Below, one piece after another: positions 1 through 10,315 of a stretch of DNA of 64,000 bases. Both the position numbers and the translations under genes were made by a program. A model generated the notes under the pieces. The model saw only the letters and a list, made by a program, of their open reading frames with translations. It was not told the DNA's origin and did no database searches. Source of the stretch: Felis catus (taxonomy: Eukaryota). Every line of letters starts with the position of its first letter. Position 1 is the stretch's first letter. The stretch covers positions 5,766,001 to 5,830,000 of the forward strand of contig NC_058378.1 of assembly GCF_018350175.1 (NCBI RefSeq), read 5' to 3'.

Positions 1-850
1 TGCTTTTGATCTGGTCCTTACAAACACAATTATGATTTGCTTTTGACTCTAACCTGAACTCTTCCAACAAAGAAGAAAGCATATACCAGTTAGGAGAATA
101 GTGCACTTGAAAGGAAGTTGAAAAATCAGACTTTTCCGAGGCCACGGAAAGTCCCATTAAGGAAGGCTGATTCACCCCAAGTTTGGTCCGGGGACAGCAA
201 GTGCTCTTTCTGCGACCAGACAAAGCAGGTAATCAGGCCAACTGTATAAGCAGTCATTCTTTTCCCCCAGCTACCGTATACACCAAACAGAGAGATTAGT
301 TGCTGAAACCCTGGTAATGTGGTTGGAACAGCACTGACCACTGGTATTCAGCTTCATTAAATTCATTCATTCAGTTCGAATGGGACTTCGCAGCCTCCTT
401 TGTAAAAGGACATCCGAGAAGCAATTTAAAAAACCAGTTGGTGATGTTTACTTTTATTTTATCCTTTCTCTAGCTTTTCAAATCATCGAACTGACTATTG
501 CTTTAAATGGTATTTCCAGGTGGGAAAACAGAGACAGGACGTGGTTCAGAATAACCAAGTGGGAGAAAAACTACTATATAGGACATCATCTTGAACACCT
601 TAAAGATATCTATTTACAAGATAAAGATCTGGATCAAAATTATAAATAAAGACGGGACTGAGCTGTTTGAAGGGAAGAAAGAGCGAGGTAGAGGCCCAGA
701 TGTTGGCTTCCCTCCCTGCCCCCCGCCCGGCCCTCCGCGGGGCCTGTCTGCAGAGCCACTGGTGGACTATGAGTCAACATAATTTGCAATTATCATGCTG
801 CTCATTATTCTTCCATTTCAGGCTATTTGTGTAGAAACATGGGCTCCTGA

Positions 851-977
851 GGGGCGCCTGGGTGGCTCAGTTGCTTAAGGGTCCAACTCTTGGTTTTAGC
901 TCAGGTCACGGCCGCACAGTTTCGTGGGTTTGAGCCCCGCATCAGGCTCTGTGCTGGTAGCATGGAACCTGCTTGGG

Positions 978-1027
<50 letters not shown>

Positions 1028-1032
1028 CTCAC
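851..1032 (+). mobile_element. Can-SINE (SINEC) lacking its poly(A) tail
   Basis: GGGGCGCCTGGGTGGCTCAG tRNA-derived head, Can-SINE body and long (CT)n at 980-1023. Degenerate flanking duplication (gaaacatgggctcctgag / gaaatgggttcgtgag). Confidence 0.93.
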
Positions 1033-1159
1033 GAAATGGGTTCGTGAGACCCATAATGATTGCAGTAGGTCACAGAGGCACAAGACAAGGAACCGTTAAG
1101 AGGAGGGTGATATCACAGGCAAAAGTTTCTGGATTCATGGAAATTGTGTTCATTTTTTT

Positions 1160-1400
1160 TTTCAAAATCCACTTACTCAATTATTTTTTGGGTGGCAGCC
1201 TCATGCCAGATATTATGCTGGGTCCTAGGGGATGATTTAGCAAAGAAATAAATTTAGTTAAATAGTAACAAGTAAAGGTAATGGCAAAGGTAGATATACG
1301 TGTTGCCAGGAGACTAGAACGTGGTGAATCTCACCTGTTCAGGGGCGTCAGGGAAGTATCAAAGAGAAGTGAGACCTTTATGAGAAACAACCTCCCCAAA
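1160..1400 (-). mobile_element. Degraded L2 fragment
   Basis: Resembles the reverse L2 3' end (atgccagatattatgctgggtcctagggg ... gtcagggaag). Boundaries approximate. Confidence 0.45.
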
Positions 1401-2860
1401 TTAACGTAGATCACCAATGGGGTTTATGTGACCTATGTGATTCCATTTTCACCCATCCAAGAACATGGACTCATCTCAGAACACCAAATCATTTTAACAC
1501 TTACAAGACACTTAAAAATAAGATCAGCCACCATTTTTTGTCTTTGTTTTTTTTCCAATCCAAGTTTTTTAACTCTACAGCCCACGCCTTTTTGACTGAG
1601 GCTAGCAAGAGGCCGAGGTAGTCCTGTAGTCACTTGAGCTCTAGATTTACTCTTCAGGGCAAACAGAAAGTCTAAAACACGCCACATTTGGCCATCAGGT
1701 GGTTACAAGGTAGATGAAGTCACCTGAGCGCCTTCAAGGGCGTGACAAGCACCCCTTTAGACTAGTATGGTGTTGGAATGGCTGACTGATAATTTGCAAA
1801 ACTGAACTGGATGACCTGGTGATGGGGATTAAGCTAAAGGCAGAGGTTTTTTAAGCGAAGTCTGAGAGAACACACAACCCGAGGTAACATCTCACACACG
1901 CGTGCGCAGAGATGGATGGGAATGCACTGCCGACGTGTCACGTACACAGGACGTGTGTCCACCACGCTGAAATACGTATCTGCCGTGTGGGACAACATAC
2001 TGAATATAATGTGTGTTGGGATACAATATTAACACACCGTTTATTATGTATATCCAACCATTCCAGACTTTACAGCCGCCTGCAGGACCTGCCCAAGAGT
2101 CACACTTTGCATGTCTAGTAACAGATTTCTCTTGGGTGCCATTTTTTTTTCCCATGGTACCATGCAATACCACTAATTTACCTTGTCTAACTCAAATGAA
2201 AACAGGTTCGTAGATTCTGATGCCTTCGCCATGTTGAAGAATATCTTCCAAAGATGGCTCCCTGACCACCTGCATGGAAATCATCTAAGTTGTTGGCTAA
2301 AACTGGCGATTTCACAGAGCCGTATCCCAAATCTACTCAGTCAGCAGTTTGAGAGCCATGCATACACACAAACCCTAGCTGGTTTCGTAATCAGCACTGG
2401 CCATGTTGGCAGGAGGCTGAGGTAAACCATCTGGCAGAAACTGGCACTGAACTTGTTGACATAAACTAGCGTCCAGGCCCTCTATCTGTCCACTAAGTTT
2501 CCTGTTTGCCCACTTTAAAGAACGGAGCTCCTGGACTGGTTCCTGACTGAGATTCAAGTGTTGCCTCGGGAAGCAGGGCTCCAGGCCAACCCTTTGGACG
2601 AATGTTTGATGCCCAAATAACCATCCTGATTCTTGGTCACTCCATCTCCTAGAAGTTTCACCCTGCCTGCTATGTCCCTTGCTACTATGTGATTCTGTAT
2701 CACAGCACAATCCTTCTCTGAACCAGATAGATCATGCTCAACTTTGCAGATTGATAATCCAGCCATTTGCTGATCAAAGTGTCATGCCAAGTCCAGCAGC
2801 ATCCACGTCACCTGGGCACGTGCTAGAAATTCAGAATCTAAATCCCCACCCAGACCTACT

Positions 2861-3518
2861 TTGGTAGGTTAGCAACAGCTCTCAAAAATATGTCCCTGTC
2901 CTGGGGCGCCTGGGTGGCTCAGTAGGTTAAGCGTCCGACTTCAGCTCAGGTCACGATCTCGTGGTCCGTGAGTTCGAGCGCCGCGTCGGGCTCTGGGCTG
3001 ATGGCTCAGAGCCTGGAGCCTGCTTCCGATTCTGTGTCTCCCTCTCTCTCTAACCCCTTGCCCGTTCATGCTCTGTCTCTCTCTGTCTCAAAAATAAACA
3101 TTATAAAAAAAAATGTCCCTGTCCTAATCCCTGGAACCTGTAAGTATTACCACAATGGTAAAGTTTTTGCGGATACGGTAAAGATATTGAGATTATACCG
3201 GATTGTCTGGATGGGTTCCAAGTCCAATCACAAGTATCCTGGTAAGAGAGAGGAAGAGGGAAGTCATGCATACAGAAGAGAAGGTGATGTGAAGATAGAG
3301 ACCATGAGGAATGCTAGCAGCCCCCAAAAGCTGGGGGACAAGGAATGGACTCTTCCCACAGAGCCTCCAGAGGGAATGCAACCCAACCGTGAAGGCTTCA
3401 GCCCAGTGAAACCGATACCACACTTGTCACCTTAAGAACTATGACAGAGCAAATCTCTGATGTTTTACACCACCCAGTTTGCCGCAATTTGTCGCAGCAG
3501 CCGCAGGAAACTAATACA
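2861..3518 (+). mobile_element. MaLR solo LTR (MLT1C/D-like), interrupted by a SINE
   Basis: Typical MLT1 segments (gtcctaatccctggaacctgt; gtgatgtgaaga; agagcctccagagggaa; gcagccgcaggaaactaataca terminus). 5-bp TSD CTACT at 2856-2860 and 3519-3523. Confidence 0.88.
2903..3112 (+). mobile_element. Feline Can-SINE inside the MLT1 LTR
   Basis: Full head, body and A-tail. TSD ATGTCCCTGTCCT at 2890-2902 and 3113-3125. Confidence 0.96.
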
Positions 3519-3850
3519 CTACTGAACGAGATCTGCATTTTAACAAGATCTACAGGAGACTGACACATACACAGAAATCTGAGCATCAGTGACATAACCA
3601 CACCAGACCTTCCATTCAAGCCCACGCTTTCCCCCATGTCTTTCGTAAATGGGGTCAGTCTATAGCTGGCTCTCAGTTCTGTCCCTCACCACAAAATTCA
3701 ATCCCCACTCGAACACCTGTACGCACACATGACTGCAGTGAGGCTCATCTAAGACATGAGAAAGCAAATAACTCAATAACCAATGATCAGTTATCAACTG
3801 GAATTGGAAATTGGGTCTCATTTTGGCCTCAGTATAGGGTATCAACCTTC

Positions 3851-4085
3851 TTTTTTTTTAAAGCTTATTTATTTATTTTGAGAGAGATAGAGAAAGAGCG
3901 AGAGAGAGAGAGCACACATGCATAAGTAGGGAAAGGGCGGGGGGGGGGGTGGAGAGAATCCCAAGCAGGCTCCACAATGCCAGCGCAGGGCCCGACACGG
4001 GGCCAGACCATACAAACCGTGAGATTGTGACCTGAACTGAAACCAAGAGTCAGATGCTTAACTGACTGAGCCACCCAGCTGCCCC
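3851..4085 (-). mobile_element. Can-SINE
   Basis: Poly(T), (GA)n and reverse head ...actgagccacccagctgcccc. Confidence 0.93.
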
Positions 4086-6147
4086 TTTCCTTTGAAGACG
4101 ATCTACCCCATATGAGAGGAACGCATTATCAATAAGCTTCAACGCACTATAATATACAGACCGCTTCCGTGGTACTCTAAAAGCAAAACAGGATAAAGTA
4201 CGTTAGAAGACATCTCCAAATTCCTGATATGCTCTTTGCGAACCGTACACATTTTCAAGGGGAGGCCTGGCATTCTTTTGCTTCAGTTATTCTTAGACTC
4301 TACTAAGCTAAAACAATTCCGACAAAGCCCAAGTATAATTTGCTCATGTAAATGTACATATTACTGGCATGAATACCAGTCTTTTATATTGGTTGTGATG
4401 ACCTGGAAGGCTGAAATGAGGAACAAAGCAATCACACTTTAGGACAAAAAGAATCGCCACTTTCCCAAGTTGCTGTATCCAAATCTGGCGGCCCTATTTG
4501 AACTTTATGATGCAACCCTTATGAGAATCGTGTGAAAAATGCATGTTTCCTTCATGAAGCACGATACACAAACTGTAACATATGTGAGTCGAATGTTAGT
4601 CAAGGTTAATAAAAAAAGAAAGAAAAAAAAGTCCTCTTTCCAAGAAAAACAATGGCAGCCAAGTCCCAAAGTCAATGTGCACTGATTTGCAAGTTAAACA
4701 CAACCTGTGCTGGGACGACGGGGAGGTGGCCAGGACCTACCGTGCATGTCGGCTACCTGCTGTTCTTGGCGAGTCCTAGAGATGGACGGCAGCCATGGAA
4801 TCCTTTCCTAGAACCCCAATCAATAATTATGGCAGGCTGGAGACCGGCCTCTCACCAGCTTTGCTAACAGTTAGGTATCGATTGTCAAACAGTGATACCG
4901 TGAGTAGGTCTGAGCCGTGGAACTCAGCACAAGCCATGGGAAAGCACTTACTTCCTGCTCCCAAGGATTCTACCTTCTGGCAGAGGGACTGAAAGTATAT
5001 ACCAGAAACAGGGGGAGAACCAGTCGGCCCTACCTGTGTATTGCGGCATGTGCAAACACCTGTTTCATCAATTGCACACAGCAACTCCACAAACCGTTCG
5101 AAAGCAGCAACCTGAAGGCTGTCTTTACTTCGGGCTCACCTTATCAGTTAGTCTTTTCTGCGATTCTTGATAGAGAAAAGGGAATGAGAAAATCTTATTT
5201 TATCTCATTTCTCATCTTCAGTCAAATGAGAAAAAGTCTCTGGTTTTTCCCGGTTTGAGTCCTTTTCCGAGTTGCCAGCTACAGAAATAGGTTTCTTTAC
5301 AGACCAGCCTCCTGCTAGAACTGTCCAGCGGCTCGTTGCGAATTAAAATTAGCGAGGCAAATTGGAGGCTGTATTGGAATGCATCTTTGTCCCCTAACAG
5401 GGGGAGCAGAGGATGTTGAACTGCTGTTTTTTAATTTGCTTACGATCTTAAAAGGAGCTGTTAGGTGTGAAATGAAAGCATGTACCTGACCCAATGCAAC
5501 GCAATCTAATACAACTTTCCTGGGCATATTTAATTACTGGGCTCCCTAATTACAACATCAGAAATGTTTCTCATGAGTGGAAATTTCTGGGTCTATTTTG
5601 TTTTAATTGAAAATCAGGGTATTGGTGTAACTGTGTATTGAAATATTCAAATGGGGAGGAAAGGTGATGCCAAATGCATGTTTACTGAAGGAGGCTTTAT
5701 AACCATCCCCTGAAGCCTGCATCTGGTTTGGGCATTACATTGCTGCACAGTCTTTCTTATCGAGTGCAGTCCTATCTCCTTAACCAATCTGAACCCTTTC
5801 TGCAGGCCTAGCGACAGCCTACTCTTCCTTCTTTTCTCTTCCAACCAAGTGCTAAAGCCAGTCACTGCGTACTGGGTATTTACTGACTAGAAGCGTATGT
5901 ATAAGAAGATCCTCAAAGCTCAGATGTTACTCTTTCAAATGTGCTGGTTAACTTAAAGGGTTTTTATTCTGCCCAGTGACAGAATTCATCTGGAATTTCT
6001 GATAGATTTTATCAGGTGAGGTGGTTGGATCAGCGGAAATGAGGTGGTAATTCATTCCACGAATGAACCAAAACCTATTAGCAACCAACAAATTTTATAT
6101 CGACACAGGGCTATGGACTTCCTCTCTGAAAGTCTTTTCTTCCTTGC

Positions 6148-6366
6148 TTTTTTTTTTTTTTAGCATTTATTCATTTTTGAAAGGCAGAGAGAGACAGAGC
6201 ACGAATGGGGGAGGGGCAGAGAGAGAGGGAGACACAGAATCCGAAGCAGGCTCCAGGCTCCGAGCTGTCAGCACAGAGCCCGACGTGGGGCTCGAACTCA
6301 CAGGCCGCGAGATCATGACCTGAGCCCAAATCGGCCGCTTAACCGACTGAGCCACCCAGGCGCCCC
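6148..6366 (-). mobile_element. Feline Can-SINE
   Basis: Reverse-complement SINE ending ...gagccacccaggcgcccc. Degenerate TSD ctctgaaagtcttttctt / ctctaaaactcttttctt. Confidence 0.95.
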
Positions 6367-6384
6367 TCTAAAACTCTTTTCTTA

Positions 6385-6526
6385 CCGCGTCAGGCTCTGG
6401 GCTGATGGCTCAGAGCCTGGAGCCTGTTTCCGATTCTGTGTCTCCCTCTCTCTCTGCCCCTCCCCCGTTCATGCTCTGTCTCTCTCTGTCCCAAAAATAA
6501 ATAAACGTTGAAAAAAAAAATTTTAA
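6385..6526 (+). mobile_element. 5'-truncated young feline Can-SINE
   Basis: Starts mid-body (ccgcgtcaggctctgggctgatgg) and has an A-tail. Perfect 16-bp TSD TAAAACTCTTTTCTTA at 6369-6384 and 6527-6542. Confidence 0.95.
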
Positions 6527-8285
6527 TAAAACTCTTTTCTTAGAACTTAGATACGGCCACATCCCCAACACGTACACACAATACTTTTCCTCACTAACTT
6601 CTAGCTCTTTGTCAAATGAGTTCACGGGATGTTTTCTACCGTCGCTTCTGTGTACTTGGAGATTGCCCATCCCCGTTCACCCTTGTCGAACCATTTGTCA
6701 TGTTCAGGTTTACAACTCAGCATCCAGTACGCACCTTACGAGTGATTTCAGGGCCCGCAATTGCACGCGTCCCCATCCCTGATACCTACCAGTGTTTGGC
6801 GCACGTCAAGTTTTAATTAAGTTTTGAAAAAAGTGAGCGAAGGCACCTCCTTTCCTTTCCGGGGAGCTAACGACATCCCACACCCTCATGTCTACATGGT
6901 GGGTTATCACAGGGGAACAGAAGAGAACCACAATGCCTAGAGCCCACAACTGTAAAACCAGCCCTAAAATGAGCATACGTGGCCCAGCTCTATAAACCTT
7001 TGTGCGTGGTGACACGGCGTGAGAGCCGCACTTCCCACCCCGAGTGCTGACAGTCACAATGGCTGAGCAGTATTATAGACAGAAGAATTGGTTTTACTAA
7101 TGCATGAAACAACGGCAGCATTCTTGGGCTACGCAATGAGTTTTTGGCAAGGAAATCTCTGAGGGACCTTTTTTTCTTGGTGGCAGAACAATTTTCTGCA
7201 TCGAAGCTAAGGATTCTTTCCACCATCTAAATGTTTGGAGAAGGTCTGAAAGCGAAAAGAACAAGAACACCCTCTTTATAGGACTTGTGACATCACAAAG
7301 AAAGGCATGTGGCGTGGAAAGGAAATTGGCCAGAGGGTCCTAAGACTTCAGCGCTGGTTCCCCAGGTGGCACATATTCTTGGAGCACAAATGGTGGTGGG
7401 GGATGACTTCCCAAGCCTGGATTTCCTCGTTTATGAAATGAGAACACACAGAAGGACAGCTCATTGCTGATGGATGTTTTCCTGCCCCCCTACTAACATG
7501 TAGATTTACGAGTTTGACCTCCTGCATGCATCCGTGCCACACACCAAAAATGAAATAATTTTGCTAAACCAGCCACAGCTATGTTGATCTGATCGCCATT
7601 GAACAGAAAGGGGAAAAAAAATCACACAGAGCTCTCCAGGGCTTTCAGAACGTATCTAACCTACTCTCCACCGACATGAGCAGGTCTGTGCCTAAATCAC
7701 TCCGCCACGGTGCTCACCTCATCCCATTTCCGAGTAATCCCAAGGACAACTCACAGATCTGTGACATTCCTACTCGAAGAAAATTTCTTCCTTGAACTCC
7801 AAGGCAGAAACTCCAAGTTCTACAATTTCCTCTTCTTACGCTGAACGATACCATTTCCCCCCTTTTACCATTTAACCTTCATTTTCATTTCTTGACTCCA
7901 AATTCTGCACTTGAATGTACAATAGATTTCTAAAGGGAAAAGGAAAGGCAGGGTGCCAAGCCTAGTAAATGCCCATTTTATACTACAAATCACACAGAAT
8001 AAAGTATCATATTATTCTTTTTGTTAGATATTGCAACACAATTTATCTTCTCCCCGGGTAACTCAAACCTTTTCCTATGAAAGCTGACTCATACAAGAGG
8101 GTTTTTTTTTGTTTTTTTTTCCTTCTAATCTTGTTTGTCGTTCTTGCCCTCACCAGCAGTAGCTAGCAGTGATAAGTACGTTGCAGATGGCTAACACATT
8201 CTTGACAGTTGACTGACACGCTCATAAGGTACCCTACATCACGAATGTCCAGCTAGCAATTCACCATAAGAATATCATCCCTGTC

Positions 8286-8509
8286 GGGGCGCCTGGGTGG
8301 CGCAGTCGGTTAAGCGTCCGACTTCGGCCAGGTCACGATCTCGCGGTCCGTGAGTTCGAGCCCCGCGTCAGGCTCTGGGCTGATGGCTCAGAGCCTGGAG
8401 CCTGTTTCCGATTCTGTGTCTCCCTCTCTCTCTGCCCCTCCCCCATTCATGCTCTGTCTCTCTCTGTCCCAAAAATAAATAAATGTTGAAAAAAAAATTA
8501 AAAAAAAAA
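8286..8509 (+). mobile_element. Young feline Can-SINE (SINEC_Fc-type)
   Basis: Intact CpG-rich body. Perfect 18-bp TSD AAGAATATCATCCCTGTC at 8268-8285 and 8510-8527. Confidence 0.97.
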
Positions 8510-8696
8510 AAGAATATCATCCCTGTCTAGTTGAGCGATGGGGAATTGTTCTGAAACAAAACAGCAGTTCATCTGGACGTTCTCAGATTTAGTTCAGACC
8601 TTATATACCTAACAATGACACCAACAAAAACACTTCTATAAAATTTGGTTTAGAATTTGTTTAAAAATTTTGTGCATTTAAAACATTCATAGCATC

Positions 8697-8897
8697 CAGG
8701 TCATAATCTCATGGGTTCCTGAGACCAAGCCGAACATCACTGATAGCACAGAGNNNNNNNNNNNNNNNNNNNNNNNNNNNNNNNNNNNNNNNNNNNNNNN
8801 NNNNNNNNNNNNNNNNNNNNNNNNNNNNNNNNNNNNNNNNNNNNNNNNNNNNNNNNNNNNNNNNNNNNNNNNNNNNNNNNNNNNNNNNNNNNNNNNN
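8697..8897 (+). mobile_element. 5'-truncated Can-SINE whose 3' part lies in an assembly gap
   Basis: SINE body caggtcataatctcatgggttc... then an N-run. TSD ACATTCATAGCATC at 8683-8696 and 8898-8911. Confidence 0.8.
8754..8897. other. Assembly gap (N-run)
   Basis: Run of n. Confidence 0.99.
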
Positions 8898-9909
8898 ACA
8901 TTCATAGCATCACTGGGAACAAAGGGAAATAACTGTTTTCTAGAACTATTGTCAAAAGATGATTGTTGTCATTGATGTTATAGATTTCCTAGCATCTTGA
9001 CTGGAAAGCTCAACTCACATATCTGTATAGTTGTAGTTTCTATGGCATTGAAAAAGGGGCCAATTTTCTGATTACTTTCTTACTCATCAACTACTATAGA
9101 ACTGATCACTTGAATTCCAACATTTAGTTATTTTTCTAATCATAGATCGGCTTATTTCAACCAAGTAGTGGAACATATGTTCTTTACAAAGTCTGATCAT
9201 AGCAAGAATGTGTTTTCCCAAGAAGAAATCACATATGAATCCTATAAGCAATCCCCATTGTTAAAAATAGTAAAATCCACTTTGATGAGAATACTTTGGA
9301 TATAAATACCTAGAGAAAAACCAGGGAATACAGATGTAGACTAGTTTGTTGGTCAGAATCTTCCGAGCACATGATTGTATGGGCTACATCCTGGCCCCTA
9401 GCTCAGAACTTGAATCATTATCTCCGGGGCCAGCTCAGGAAGTAGCATTTTAAATGGCAGGTGATTCTTAAAGTTCCAAATCTCTGTTCTAGAATAAAAG
9501 TTTCAAGATGCTTTGAGTCAGAGGACAGATTAAATTACAATTAAGCCAAGTGAGTGGGCAATGGCGTTTCCCAAGATGCACCAAAACCAAAGTATAATGC
9601 TAAGAAGAACGTACACTGTCTACTCAGTGCTTAAAGCAGTGGCTAGTAGCCGCCTGGACTCAAAAGATGAGAGAATGTTCCAGTCTCTGATAAGTCTGTC
9701 AGGAAACAGTCTCTGTAGGATATGGCCAATGAACTTTGCACATAATTTGATCACCATCTCTGAGTCATTCTGCCTTTAACTTCCTAATGATGGTTACCTT
9801 GGGGGAAATGATGATCGTACAAGAATCATACAAGGGCATCATTAAAGAGAATGTTCTGGGTCTGTGTGAATCCATATGTGATGTGTCCTGTTAGGATAAC
9901 ATGTGAAGA

Positions 9910-10315
9910 ACACTAACAGTTTATGAGTATGCTCTTAGTTTATGTCTATGGTCTCTCAAGCAATCCTCAAAAATCATTCTCTGAAGTACAATGTATTATC
10001 ATCCCCATTTTCTTTTTTTGCTGTTGTTGGTTTTTTTTTTTAATTTTTTAACGTTCATTTATTTTTGAGACAGAGAGAGACAGAGCATGAACGGGGGAGG
10101 GGAAGAGAAAGAGGGAGACACAGAATCCGAAGCAGGCTCCAGGCTCTGAGCCGTCAGCCCAGAGCCCGACGCGGGGCTCGAACTCACGGACCGCGAGATC
10201 GTGACCTGAGCTGAAGTCGGATGCTTAACCGACTGAGCCACCCAGGCGCCCCATATCATCCCCATTTTCAAATGGGATGGAGGCTTGGAGATGTTCTGAA
10301 ACTTGTCCTGATCAA
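9910..10315 (-). mobile_element. MIR fragment interrupted by a Can-SINE
   Basis: Reverse MIR core tattatcatccccatttt|caaatggga..gaggcttggagatgtt..aacttgtcc. Confidence 0.55.
10013..10252 (-). mobile_element. Feline Can-SINE
   Basis: Full-length reverse SINE. TSD TATCATCCCCATTTTC at 9997-10012 and 10254-10269. Confidence 0.96.

Larger units (their letters stand above)
2764..3591. mobile_element. MER5-type hAT-Charlie DNA transposon split by an MLT1 LTR (halves about 2764-2860 and 3524-3591)
   Basis: The left half 'ccagcagcatc..cacctggg..tgctagaaat..ccccacccagacctact' continues after the LTR as 'gaacgagatctgcattttaacaagatc', as in the MER5 consensus. Confidence 0.8.

Noticed and set aside
890-1235. 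ORFs with MAQSV../QVMISRSVSSSP../SLSLSL peptides, here and at many other positions
   Set aside because: These are translations of Can-SINE sequence, not genes.
2968-3435. 155-aa ORF
   Set aside because: Chance read-through of SINE into MLT1 LTR sequence, with no protein homology evident.
8286-8370. tRNA-like A/B boxes
   Set aside because: This is the tRNA-derived head of a Can-SINE, not a tRNA gene.
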